Part shown: in pieces, positions 13,783 through 27,245 of the stretch
Layout: every line of letters begins with the position of its first letter
How positions within the stretch are numbered: position 1 is the first letter of the stretch
Assembly: GCA_951406725.2 (NCBI GenBank)
Contig: OX597834.1
Coordinates: 1,426,001 to 1,490,000, forward strand
Reading direction: 5' to 3'
Length of the DNA: 64,000 bases
Source: Octopus vulgaris
Lineage: Eukaryota
Notes under the pieces: model-generated
What the model was told of the DNA's origin: nothing
Database searches by the model: none
What the model saw: only the letters and a program-made list of their open reading frames with translations
Program-made: the position numbers and the translations under genes

Positions 13783-14734
13783 CTTCATAAAATAATTAGT
13801 AATTGAATGGTATCGAACTTAATACCTTCCGTTCTCGAAGATGGCGCCGTGGTCGTTGTTTAGGCTTTGTTCAGCCTCGATCCAGCACACCTATGATCAA
13901 AGACGACGTTCCATCGAAGACCATCCTGTTCATATATATATATATATATATTAGGTAAAATTTTTATAGCATGGTAACTACTTGATAAAAATCATTTACG
14001 TGATTTTTATCCTCATATTCTTAGATATATATATATATATATATGTCCAGAACCAGAATATATATATATTTATATATCCAATTTCGAATATGTCGTTCCT
14101 TTGTCAAAGAGGGCAAGATGGGATCTGAGAAAGATTAAGCTACTGTTTCTTGTAGGCAGAGTAACAACCGCGTAGGGCTTGGTTTAGCAAAGAGGATTTT
14201 GTTGTCAGTGTCGTCGTTTTTATTGCTGTTGTTTTTTTTTCTTTTTCTTCTTCGTCTTCTTGTTTAGCCTTGAATTAGATCTAAAAGAACATTCTTAGGA
14301 ACTGTTATCAAAGGTGTTCAAACCATGACCATCCCACCTGCTGCTACATTCAGTACCAGTCTGCCAAATGTCAATTTTCTTTTTTCTAAATTGAAGAATA
14401 TTTTGGCTGCTACGTCTAAACTGATTATTCAGCAAATTTAAAGAGTTTCAACGTCTGGTGTTTAACTGTCGAATTACTATCACGCTGTTGACGTTAAGCT
14501 ATTGATTTCAAGATCGATTTGGGTGTGAGAGAGGAAGCGACATGGCATGATGTACTCGAAGAAGGCAGCTCGGTCAACGAACGTTTTTGTTAAAGTGCAG
14601 CGGAGGAACGTTGACAACGTGTGCATAGGATTCATTTAGGATAAACTAAATACGGCTTATTAAGTTCGGGCAAATAGCCATATTATTATCAGTCGGACGA
14701 TATCCAGCTCTGAATTCAGCACAAATATTATCGT

Positions 14735-14772
<38 letters not shown>

Positions 14773-15220
14773 GGAAAGAGAGGGAGTGAGAGATACTGAT
14801 GAAAATAGGGGAAAAAACCCATAAAAAATGAGTATATGTATGTGTGTGTGTGTGTGCGTGTATCCTTCCCCCCTCTCTCCTTTGCTCTTTCATGTAACAT
14901 ATCTGATGGTGGGAGCGAGTGTTATATTTCCTCTTTCGTTCCCTCTGCAATATTCGAATCGGTGCATCCAACCATCATCTTCTACACCGCCACAAATGTC
15001 CAGAGATAATCTTTTTTTTACTGCTCTTCTAATTGTTGTTATTGTTGTTGTTACTGTTCTTAGCCTTTGTTTTCTAGTTGCTTTCTACAACTATTTTCTT
15101 CTTCTTCTTCTTCTTCTTGTATATATATATATATATATATATATGTATTTATATAAGATTTTTTTGCGTAATGAGATAAAAAAAAACCAAGGCCGTGTAG
15201 ATTTTCGAACATTTATAGAT

Positions 15221-15281
15221 AGACGGTCTTACAGCTGTTTCCGGGATATTTATTATTTATATCCCTTCATCGGAGACGGTG
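15221..15281 (-). ncRNA. Hammerhead-like motif (U4C variant), PLE-type
   Basis: Minus strand: cgtct-CCGATGA-agggatat..atatcccg-GAAA-CAGCTG-TA-agaccgt. Confidence 0.55.
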
Positions 15282-15502
15282 TGAGAAGATGGTTAAGCAA
15301 TAGTTAATTTAGATAGGAGACAAAATAGAGAGTGAAATGAAGGATAGAAAATAGATGTGAGATATGTAGGGAGATTGAATTTGTAGATCCATTTTTTAGG
15401 CAGAATGGTATATACATATATATATATATAATATCCCAATACCTTATGATAAAAATCCAACAGTATTTAAAATATATATGTATTTATGTATGCATATATG
15501 TA

Positions 15503-15533
<31 letters not shown>

Positions 15534-15539
15534 TATATA

Positions 15540-15618
<79 letters not shown>

Positions 15619-15904
15619 GTATGCATATATATATAAATGGAACGAGAAGTGTTAAAATGAATACGGAGCATTCTAACAATTAGTGATGGTACCAATATTG
15701 TATTTACTTTTACCAATTTCGCAACTGGAAACATGGCGCCAACAACTCAGTAACAATGGATATACAACAGCTTAAAAACTAACTTCAAATACATACACAG
15801 ATGCATACATACATACATACATACATATATACATGCATACATACATACATACATACATACATACATACATGCATACATACATACATACATACATACATAC
15901 ATGG

Positions 15905-16560
15905 TGGTTGTCTACTCCTCTATGCAGAGTCTGACCACCTCCCTTTTTCTACACCTTATCATCATCATGGCGTCTGATGTGGCTTTTTAAACCAAACAAC
16001 GTTCTGAAAAGACACCCACATAGATTGAACATCCTATTTGTACCACCAAAAGCTGCAGATAAGTTCTGATTTTTGTAGATCTTAAAATGTCTTTTGAGGC
16101 CTCCATGGATTTGCAAGCCTTCTGGCACACACCGCATTCAAAGAATAGTTGGTAGAGTTTCGTTTTCCAAGTGTTCGAAAATGAGATTTGTGCCCAGCAA
16201 AAGATAGTCATGGTCTGTCACAAACTATGCACACTAAAAAGGTCATTATCACTTACCTTGTCGATCGTTACATTCTTCCTTAGATCTCTTCTGAGTCTTA
16301 CATGCGTCGTCCTGGCCTCTTCAAATGCTTTCACTCCACTCTACACTTTTCTTCGCCATCTAACTCGATCCGAAGCAAGGGTTACTATGTCTTCTGGATC
16401 CATTTCAAGTGACTTCATAGTAGTTCTTATGCCGTCCTTAAACCGTGTTTTAGGTTTCCACCGATAGCGTTTCTCCTCTGCAAGCTCACCATCAAACAGC
16501 TGTTTCGGTATGCGTTCATCTGCCATTCGCACAATATGGCCACACCATCTCATTTGGGGT
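15905..16560 (-). mobile_element. RTE-clade LINE 3' fragment with C2H2-like tail
   Basis: QMRWCGHIVRMADERIPKQLFDGEL..KPKTRFKD..LASDRVRWRR; CGVCQKAC and CGCLFRTLFGLKSHIRRH. Confidence 0.85.
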
Positions 16561-16942
16561 GTAAATATCTGTAAATATGTATATTGATACATACAAAAAC
16601 ATACATACATATATAAAGAAAGAAGACTACACGTGCTTTAAATAGGGGAAAAATAAAAAGAAAACAGGGATAACGCACATTAGATATAAAAAATAATGGC
16701 TTTTTTTAAGAAAAGTAACGATATATATGCATACAATCAGATTATTTGAAGTGGAATTCTGAAGTGTATAAATCTTTATTATGAATCATTATAGCGATTC
16801 AAAGTCATACCGGTTTCGTCAGAGTTAATCACTGACTTTGAATGAACACTGATTTCCAAACGGTGTTGGGTCTAATAGTACCTGTGTTAAGAGATTACAT
16901 GCAAGGGAGGTAAGCAGTTCTGGAAGTGATGCAATTAAGGTG

Positions 16943-16974
<32 letters not shown>

Positions 16975-17723
16975 GTCAATTCATAGGTATCATCATTAGT
17001 GATTAATAAATCCAAAATTTCACTGGTTTAATCTCCATCACACTAGAAGAAAAATTTTACGTTGCGTTATGGGCGATAATAATTGGTAAAATTATTAACG
17101 TACGAAAATGGAGAGTTAACTGCGAATAGATTAATTCATTTGCATCATGCTTTGTTTTTAAGATATAAATACAAATATATTTTTAAAAGAACAACATATA
17201 TATATATATATATACATATATGTATGGATGGATGGATAGAGGGAGGGAGGGAGGGATATGTAAATTCTAATTATCGCAAAATGTGTCGAAAAAGGAACTT
17301 TAACTGAAATTATCTATCACGTCCTGCTATTGATGCCCTAATAGATGACCTGTAGGCCTCTTTGAAGTTTGTAAACATACAAACATACACACACACACAC
17401 ACTCACATAGCAAAACACACACGTATTGATGCGCTCAAAAACGCAACGATTGGCATTTTCTTGAAAGCAATGCTGAAGGAACCTAAAACCCGATGGAGGA
17501 AGGTGAGACATTGTATTCAATAAATAAATATTCAGTAGAATCTGTGTATGTGTTTGTGTGTGTACGTAAGTAGATATATAGATATATACATGTATATACA
17601 TATATATTTATGTATGTATATAAATGTGTGTGTCTGTGTGTGTATAATATATGAGCATATACAGATATATATAGATATGTATGTATATATATATATATAT
17701 ATACACACAAATATATATCCATG

Positions 17724-17755
<32 letters not shown>

Positions 17756-17998
17756 ACTGTGCGTATTCAATAAAAGTAGCTGTATCCACTAATATTTTGA
17801 TTCAATAAAAATTAATGAACTTTTCTCGAAGCCTACTGTGCTGCGTATCATGTATATGTGTGCATGTGTGTGTATGCATGTATATCAATATATACACACA
17901 TATATATTTAGTGTGTGTACATATATAAAAATATATACATAAATATACATATATATGTATGCATACATATTTGTACACTCATATAAATATATATATAT

Positions 17999-18047
<49 letters not shown>

Positions 18048-18054
18048 AACACAC

Positions 18055-18107
<53 letters not shown>

Positions 18108-18889
18108 ATATATATATACCGTTTATATATGATGTAACCTGCAATTGACTCTCATTATGGAAGGTACCGGTTTTGTCGCCTGACCGATATTGTTATGGTC
18201 GAGCAACATGATTGAATCCCCACACACATACACAATAGATTTCCCCAAATTGACATCTTCTTTTATATTCTTCAACTCAACTAACCTTCTCATTTTCTAA
18301 AGTTTATCTTTGACATTCAAGATCTCTCGCAACAGTTCCATGTCTGTTATTTGTCCTGCAGCACCAATATCACTTTCACTAGAGATAATGGTAGGTTTGG
18401 TGCCGAGAGAGCGAAACATACACACACACACACACACACACTCGAAACGAACTTGGACCAATGCTGTTATGGCTTCTTACATTTATGCTTTTCAACAAGC
18501 ATTCAATTATGAAGAGAGGAATCGGTAAGTATTCACCAAGTGAGAATAGTGATCATGTCAAGAGTATGGCGACGTCCACTGACTTTTGCAAAGTATCGCT
18601 ATTATTTTTCGTTTCTTATAATCTTCCTTTTATTCTTCTGTAGCTCCAGTTATCAGATTGTAGCCAAGCTGGAGCAGAACTTTCAAGGATATTACTGTAT
18701 GGTATTTATGGTGTAGGTCGGGTATGGAACTCGACAACGCATACTTGGTGCAATCGAAGTCGAATCGTTTGTTGTTTTTTTTGTTCGGTGCACCGGTTGT
18801 TTCCACAAATCAGCAATACGTACACACACATACCGATGTATATATAAATGTATATATGTATGTGTATGTGTGTGTTATTCTTAAACAAG

Positions 18890-19170
18890 AATATTATTGA
18901 CAGTGACTTCGAGTTTCGGGGAGTTGCACTGCAATGCATTAAAGTTAATCTTGCCGTTATATAATCTCTATTGAGGTAAAATCTTTCTTGAATGCGTGGA
19001 TTTGAGTTGGGTGGTAACCAGGCTGTAGGGTGGGTTGTGGTAGAGAGTTTTTTGGAAAGAATTTTTTTGATTAAATTATGTTCTTCTTTACAATTTATTC
19101 AAGCATGTAGGACTTTGCAAGCAGGTGTGTATATTTAGGTATGTCTCCCTGGGTAGATAGGCATAGTTCA
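18890..19170 (-). pseudogene. Possible Penelope-like ORF remnant
   Basis: KTLYHNPPYSL resembles the PLE IWxNPPYS motif; heavily decayed. Confidence 0.3.
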
Positions 19171-19195
19171 GTAATTTTAGTTATAATTTTCAATA

Positions 19196-19253
<58 letters not shown>

Positions 19254-19254
19254 T

Positions 19255-19354
19255 TCGCTCAATAAACAATCACAACGCCCGGTCTGGGAATCGAAACCGC
19301 GATCCTACGATCGCGAGTCCGCTGCCCTAACCATTGGGCCATTGCACCTCCACT
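19255..19354 (-). mobile_element. tRNA-like SINE head (family C), truncated
   Basis: ATGGCCCAATGGTTAGGGCAGCGGACTCGCGATCG..GGTTTCGATTCCC: Pol III A/B boxes, no proper acceptor stem. Confidence 0.7.
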
Positions 19355-19359
19355 ATATC

Positions 19360-19477
<118 letters not shown>

Positions 19478-19945
19478 TATACACTACTAAATTTGAAAAT
19501 TAGTCTTTAGTAGAGAAGCTGTTGAAATGCATATGCAGCAATAAATACTAGTTTACTAATATATCACGTCAAAAGTATTAAGTTGGTGAAAATAAATGGG
19601 GGAAATCAGCGACGTGAGTCGAACCATGTGTCTGCGGCATAACAATCTGATACGCTACAAGTACAGTAAGAAGGCTTGCCGACCAGCAACCATTTAAAGA
19701 TAGAGGCTTTGTCTGTATAAGTGAGAGAGTATGAGGAAGAGTATTTTGACTTGATAGGTTTAGGACTGATTGTTTATAGTTTCATTGCTATCTGAGGAAC
19801 CTTTCAAAAAGGCACACATACACGCATATATAGATAGATAGATAGATGGATAGATAGGTAGATAGATAAATAGATAGACAGACAGACATGCATAACATAC
19901 CACGAGGGGATTTTTTTTACCCTAATCTCATTTAACTATATATAA

Positions 19946-19980
<35 letters not shown>

Positions 19981-21708
19981 TGTATGTATGTATGTATGTA
20001 TGTATCTGCCCGTCTGTCTGTCTGTCTGTCTATCTATTTATCTATCTACCTATCTATCCATCTATCTATCTATGTTGCTACAATTGTTTCGACATATTCT
20101 TACACCCGGTGATATGTTTTGCAATCATTATTATCCATCCAAGGTGTAAAATACAGCTCCTCAGGTGATTGTTTAAATAAGTCCTTCGTTCGATTCCACC
20201 GTCATTTTACTTAGTATGACAAGGCTATGTTGTTTGATGGTGTCTAAATTCCATTGAAAGAGCCTTGTTTCTAGACTACAACCTTGATCACTCTCTCCCT
20301 CTTTCTCTCTCTCTCTCTCTTTCTCACTCTCTCTCTCTCTCTCTCTTTTTCTCCCTCTTCTGAAAACAGGAAAACAATCATACAAAGATACACACATAAG
20401 AGAGTAGAGTGCCATCTGAGGGGTAATTGGCAACTTTTTCCAGCAGCTATACTCTGTCACAATGATGTCATTTTGATCTCCATCTGTTTCACCAACAAAC
20501 GGTATCATTTTGGTACCAGTAATTATTCAATGTCAACTGTAGTAGTCATACTGTATTGTCAACGACTGTCTCATCAATCTTCCTCCCATAACTACACACC
20601 TTCATATTGCTGAGAGTTCAGTTTATTTAAACCTCCATTTATCAAACCTAACGTTTTAAATACGTTTGATAAATGATGTTATTTATTTCACTTAAAAACT
20701 GTGTTTTCTTTTTAAATTAAACGTAAAGAGACACAAGAATGTGAACAGTCATTATTACCTTGTTCCAGGAATGTTGGAAGAGAGTGTACCTGTCGCTGTT
20801 GAATTATAAAAACAGTTGTCTGGCTGTTTATAAATGGCTGACGTGCCTGTACTCCGATTTTATTCTTTCGTTTAAATACTGTACTCACTGAGTCCCACTC
20901 AGCTAGTCCTTGATTTCATAAACAAAATACAATATTTGAAAACTACGGGAGGCTGTCTAAAACCAATTCTGTGTTTGTCTAGCGTCTACAGTGAATATAG
21001 TTCCGAAACCAATTTCCAGTTGTCCATTGGACGTATTCAGATATCGGAATTGGTCTTGGATAATTTAACTGGAAATAATTTTCAACATAAAGTCTCCAAT
21101 AACGAAAGAATTTATAGAATTTATACCGAAAAGAATCAATGCAAATAATATCAGAAGTATTTTGACCAATCTTGTTTCTATTTATCACCATATTCTAATA
21201 GACATTTAGAGAATGAAATTCTACATTCTACAATGTATATTTTTTCTTCCTATGTTCTTTGATTCCAGTCAATCTGCTGCTGCTGCTTACATTAAGGAAT
21301 CATATTAAATCGATTATTTCATCTCTGAAGCTGAATTTATTTACGTTTATTTCATCCCACTCCTTCTCCCTACCCCCGCATTAACCGTTTCCCAAGAAAA
21401 GACAAAGTTAAAAGCTAAGGTTGACCATTTTCCCCAGCTCATATTTCCAACGGTCGATTCAAATGGCAACTTCTGACGAGAATGCCATTAGCATTTCATG
21501 GGTTTCGGGGATTCAGAATAGATACAGATACATACATACATTCATACATACATATATATATATATATATACATACAGACAGACAGACATATATACATATA
21601 TACATATATGTATATCAGCATATGTATGTATATACACACATACACAAACACATTTATACATATATTCACACGCACAGAACAGGAATTTTGCAGCACAAAT
21701 TCATACAC

Positions 21709-21769
<61 letters not shown>

Positions 21770-21938
21770 ATATTCCTAATGGCTACAAAGTGATGTTTAA
21801 GAAATACGTACAATTATGGCAAATAACAATATAACAATGCAATAACATATAATGTGTATTTATTTGTGTATGTGTGTGTACGTTTATGCGTGCATTTGTG
21901 TACATCTATCAAATGTATATATGATATGTATACATATA

Positions 21939-21983
<45 letters not shown>

Positions 21984-22210
21984 ACAAATGCGTATAAATA
22001 CATATATATATATACACACACACAACATACATTTATGCAGATATATCGCAGTTATCGTTATCTTCCTCTTCCTCATTATCATCATCATCATCATCATCAT
22101 TACTGTTATTATATATTTCTCTTTAACTTTTTTAAAAATAAAAACATCGTTTCCGGTCGGCACCACGAAAAATATACCCAGTCTTCTCTGGGTTGATAAC
22201 GAAGATTGTA

Positions 22211-22255
<45 letters not shown>

Positions 22256-22559
22256 ACGTCACATGCCCCCAACTCTACCCCAACGCTCAACCTAACCCAC
22301 ACCGTGCCCGTGCTTCCCCCACTCTCGCCTCCCCGCCTCCCAACAACATTACACCACACTACACTACACTACACCATACCACACAACACACCACCAACCA
22401 CACACCACCACTGACCAATTCCCATCCCCACATTTTCACACCTACACATACACACACGCACACGTTAAGATCACTTGCCCTCTTTCACACGCACATACGC
22501 ACTCTCTTACACACACGCGCACCTTCGTTTTGGGGTCACTATTACTTTGCTATCCCCCT

Positions 22560-22795
22560 TACTACTTAGCTCTCCTGTGTGACCCTTCTGTCCGGCATTC
22601 GTCAAGACAGATCGGTAGCCACTACACATTCTTTATTTTCTCTCCTTGTTTCTTTCTGCATTCCTTTCTGTGGAAGAGCGTAGGCTCGAAACGTTAAAGG
22701 CTTTTGCAATTCCAGAGCGTTATACTAGTACATCTGTTTGTCTTCTACACCACCTGTCTTCGTCTTTTGTTTTTTTTTCGTGAATTCTCCCTATA
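22560..22795 (+). mobile_element. PLE-type terminal repeat with hammerhead variant
   Basis: CCTTT-CTGTGGA-A-GAGC-gtag-GCTC-GAAA-CG-TT-AAAGG at 22663-22700; homologous to 1270-1435. Confidence 0.65.
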
Positions 22796-22878
22796 TATAC
22801 ATACATATTTATAAAGATATATATATATATATATATATAAAGATATAAAGATATATATATATATATATAAAGATATAA

Positions 22879-22917
<39 letters not shown>

Positions 22918-22918
<1 letters not shown>

Positions 22919-23072
22919 CCGCATGTGTATCGTTGGTGATTTTTTTCCTCCGTCTTCCCTTCCTTGGATCTTTCCTTTTCCTATGTTTCTGACGAAGAGC
23001 TCCGCTCGAAACGTTAAGTTGTCCTTCTTTCTCTCCTTTCTTGAGCGTCCAATAACACTATACTTGTTCCAA
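22918..23072 (+). mobile_element. PLE-type repeat with canonical-core minimal hammerhead
   Basis: CTGACGA-A-GAGC-tcc-GCTC-GAAA-CG-TT at 22989-23015. Confidence 0.6.
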
Positions 23073-23954
23073 TAAGCTAATAAATATATAATTTGAAACT
23101 TTCAGGAAATGCAGTGAAATCTGACGGCGAACGCAGTCTCTGCGTTTCTAATCCCGTCCGCTTTGGAAACGCTTCGGAAAAGAAACTGATGCAAAACGAA
23201 AAAGAGAATAAGAAATGAGAAGATCAGAGCTGATGACAATAACGGGTTGTTTAGATGGTGGGGAGGAAGCAAGGCCCTAACAAAGACACACGGAATGGGA
23301 GCTAGCACTGGGGACAGTGACGTCAGTAAATATAGAATTGAGAAGATGGAAAATAACAAGATGGCGGTGCAGTAGTGACGGCAAGCCGGCCTGGCCATGA
23401 CCATCTCTTCTTTATATCATCAGGAAATCTTTATTTGAAAGACAGTAGACGATGTGTTAATGAGATGAATCTAGTTGTTGTTTCTAGCCGATCAAGTGAC
23501 TAAGTAGAGTCAGCTTATGGTGAGTGGAGGGGGGATATGGAGTTTCCAATATTGAGTTCGCTATAAAATATGAGATAGCAATAGAGAGGTGGGGGGAGGA
23601 GTATAATGAAGGAAAGGAGAAAGAGGAAAAGGAGACGGGGATGGAAGGAGAGTTGCAGAAGAGGCTGGAGGGGAGAGAAAGAGTGATATGTGTGGATATA
23701 AATAAATGTATATAAATATATGTTACAGGTGTCGCCAAAAGTCACCCGACAGCGAATCCAAATTCCATAAATACAATCTTCTGTAATTTTGCATTGACTG
23801 GAATGGAAAAATATATCGCTCAAGAAGGACTTCAGTTTGAACAATTTACCTCAAGTTTCATATTTAGATGCTTTTATTGAATTCATTCACTCGTTAAACA
23901 TAAATAAATATTGCAATTAAATGGTTTTGAGTTATTGTCAGGTGACTTTTGGCA

Positions 23955-23991
<37 letters not shown>

Positions 23992-24045
23992 CGTTTTTGG
24001 ATTTGGTTTGCAAGATTCTTTATATGAGTTCGTGTGTTGAAGCAC

Positions 24046-24322
24046 ATTCTGTTGTGTCTGGGGAGAGTCATTTTCTTTTAGTGCCTTATTATGTAACACA
24101 CTCACCGGTCAAATTTCCACTTTTTTCTTATTTTTATTTTCCTAAAATTTTCGTTGCATCTTGCAACCTTTTCAATAGTTTTGTCAAAACTATTGAAAAG
24201 ATTGCAAGACGCAACGAAAATTTTAGGAAAATAAAAGTAAGAAAAATAAGAAAAAGTGGAAATTTTACCGTGAGTGTGTTCTAAGGCACTAAAAGAAAAT
24301 GACTCTCCCCAGACACAACAGA

Positions 24323-24324
<2 letters not shown>
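24046..24324. repeat. ~280-bp near-perfect palindrome (fold-back/MITE-like)
   Basis: Arms of ~138 bp centred on aatagttttg-T-caaaactatt (24184). Confidence 0.92.
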
Positions 24325-24366
<42 letters not shown>

Positions 24367-24671
24367 TTGCTATTATGTTAAGCGGTCGTATGTCCAAATT
24401 TGGCCAAATGCGTTTTTTCAGTTCTTATTTTTGCTTTTAATAGCCGCTTCTCTTGGTCAAACTATCGTATCTCTAGTTGTTTCAGAAGCCAAGGTATCAA
24501 AAATTTTCAAGGTGTAGTTCAACGGTTTTGCTAAACTGTTTTGTGAAACTGTTTTTTCGTTTTTCTAAAAAAAAAAAGCAACGTTTTGGACTTCTGACAC
24601 TTTTGCTTAATAGCAGCGTTATATGTTTTTATGTATATGCATGTATACATACAAACACACATACACATACA

Positions 24672-24781
<110 letters not shown>

Positions 24782-25090
24782 AGGATAAGATCGTTAATTT
24801 AAAAATAAAATAACGATTTTATCAAGTGGTCAGCATGGAAAAAATAACCTTCAAAGGTAATAATTATTAAAATTATAAATTCTGTGAATATTCTACTGAC
24901 GAGGCAAAGCATTCCTAAATGCAAAGTCAGAAATCCGGGTTCTAGAATTATCCAGTAATTTTTTACTAGTTTCATTTTGTCTCTTTGTTTTCTCCCCGTG
25001 TTTATATATGGATAATTAAGGTGGTTTTAGAGTCAGATCATGGCTGCTATTTTCAGCATGGTGGTATCTCGTAGATACCCTAATTTATAA
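24782..25090 (+). mobile_element. PLE-type repeat with degenerate hammerhead
   Basis: attcta-CTGACGA-ggc..gtca-GAAA-tccggg-TTC-tagaat (~24889-24947); downstream gataattaaggt.gttttag shared with ~45794. Confidence 0.55.
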
Positions 25091-25146
25091 TTTTATATAT
25101 ACATATATATGTTGATGTATATAGCCATACAACCACTCGTATATAC

Positions 25147-25177
<31 letters not shown>

Positions 25178-25180
25178 TAT

Positions 25181-25344
25181 AGGCGCAGGAGTGGTTGTGT
25201 GGTAAGTAGCTTGCTTACCAACCACACGGTTCTGGGTTCAGTCCCACTGCGTGGCAGCTTGGGTAAGTGTCTTCTACTATAGCCTCGAGCCGACCAAAGC
25301 CTTGTGAGTGGATTTGGTAGACGGAAACTGAAAGAAGCCTGTCG

Positions 25345-25377
<33 letters not shown>

Positions 25378-25612
25378 ATATATGTGTGTGTGTGTTTGTG
25401 TGCCTATGTTTGTCCCCCCCACCAACATCGCTTGATAACCGATGCTGGTGTGTTTACGTCCCCGTTACTTAGCGGTTCGGCAAAAGAGACCGATAGAATA
25501 AGTAATAGGCTTACAAAGAATAAGTCCTGGGGTCGATTTGCTCGACTAGAAAGGTGGTGCTCCAGCATGGCCGCAGTCAAATAACTGAAACAAGTAAAAG
25601 AGTAAAAGAGTA
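25181..25612 (+). mobile_element. tRNA-derived SINE, family A, full length
   Basis: A/B boxes (GGTTCAGTCCC), internal microsatellite, GTAAAAGA tail; homologous to the other family A copies. Confidence 0.9.
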
Positions 25613-25768
25613 AGCGAGTACATATATATATATATACGAGTGGTTGTATGGGTATATATATCAAGGTATATGCATCAACACACATACATACCATGAATTA
25701 TACACACAGCAGTATACACCATGGATAAGATAAACATTTAACAACGGTTTCTAACTGGAGCTGCTCAC

Positions 25769-25855
25769 CGAGTTCTGAGAAGTATGGGAAAACGTGCAGA
25801 GAATTGCAATGCCAATTGTTAATTTACAACCAATTGTTATCATCAACGTCTCTGC

Positions 25856-25886
<31 letters not shown>

Positions 25887-25956
25887 TCTACTATCGTTGC
25901 TGTTGTTGCTGTTGTTATTGACGTCGTATCTTGGTTCCCTGTTTCAATGAGAAACG
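25769..25956 (-). other. Candidate exon (5'UTR plus 25-aa signal-peptide-like start)
   Basis: Acceptor atttctttgcAG, donor tcg|GTGAGC, ATG at 25843 giving MITIGCKLTIGIAILCTFSHTSQNS; paralogous segment at 31030-31265. Confidence 0.3.
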
Positions 25957-26101
25957 CTGCAAAGAAATTTTGATAAAAATACAATTAAACACTTGAAATA
26001 AAATTCTACATTAACTGAAACTTTATTATATTCTTTGATTGTCTGTCTTTGAAATGGTAAGAAGATTTTAGGAATTACAGACTGATACACATACAAATGA
26101 A

Positions 26102-26132
<31 letters not shown>

Positions 26133-26766
26133 GCGTGTGCGGGCGAACGTGTGTGCAGGTGTGCGCGCAAGTTTATATATATATGTAAGGGCGTGTTTAA
26201 GTTTGTATTTGTGTGAGTGTGTGAGCATGTCTGTGTATGTGTGTGTGCGTGCGTGCGTGGTATTGAGAAGAATGCAATGCAGTTGCTCTACGTGGTTATT
26301 CTTTTGATATTTGTTTTCGACGTAAAACCTTTTTTTGCTTGACATGAACTAATTATGTTTTAACATTATCGCTGTTGGATATCTACACACGCACTCACAC
26401 CTACCTATAGGTGTCTATCTTTCTAGCTGTCGATAGGTTTGTTTGTCTCTCTATCTCCCTCTATATCTATCAACATACATACATACATACATACATACAT
26501 GCATGCATACATACATACATACATACATACATACATACATACATCTAGAGGTGAGCAAACGAAAGAAAGTGGCACTCAACAGACACAGTTGGAATTGTTT
26601 TTAACATTGCATTATCCAATATTTAGTCGGCGCAAATAAGAAGAGTTAGGGAGAATTTAATGCTGACTTCCAGGTGAGAATATTCGTGCGGGGTGGACTG
26701 GATCCCATTGGTTAATGTAACTTACCTGGATAGTTTGATAAAACCGTAATGCCAGAAATTTGTATA

Positions 26767-27017
26767 TAAAAGATTTACACAACACTGGCACTCCTTCAGC
26801 TATTGGGACAGAGAAAATCCCATCTCTTCCATCCACTTCATCTGGATTCCCTGAGATTAGAGAACAAGTTCTCCTCTATGATATTGGGTATTGTTGACAA
26901 TATCATAGAGGAGAACTTGTTCTCTAATCTCAGGGAATCCAGATGAAGTGGATGGAAGAGATGGGATTTTCTCTGTCCCAATAGCTGAAGGAGTGCCAGT
27001 GTTGTGTAAATCTTTTA
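26767..27017. repeat. Perfect ~120-bp inverted repeat with 11-nt loop
   Basis: 26767-26886 is the reverse complement of 26898-27017. Confidence 0.95.
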
Positions 27018-27245
27018 TTGAAATCATTGGGTGATAGACCCCCCCCCATATGTGTGACGTAGTGCTGTTGTAATATATATCGTACGATGGCTGCAAAAAG
27101 CGCAGATTTTGAGTGATAGAATCTTTTCAGTAGGCAGTTTGTTGGATATTTCAAAAGTTCCAGGTTGTGGTATTGAATGATGTCGCGTGCGATACTGGAA
27201 GTGGTATTATCTAGCCATGAGTAACTAACTTTGACGTTATCGCTA
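27018..27245 (-). pseudogene. Penelope-like ORF remnant (RT-to-GIY-YIG region)
   Basis: DNVKVSYSWLDN resembles PLE NNVKVSYSCM; LKRFYHSKS resembles the GIY-YIG KxRxxxH helix. Confidence 0.45.

Noticed and set aside
19255-19354. Functional tRNA gene
   Set aside because: No acceptor stem or T-run terminator; it continues into SINE-like body sequence (the same applies to 40330)
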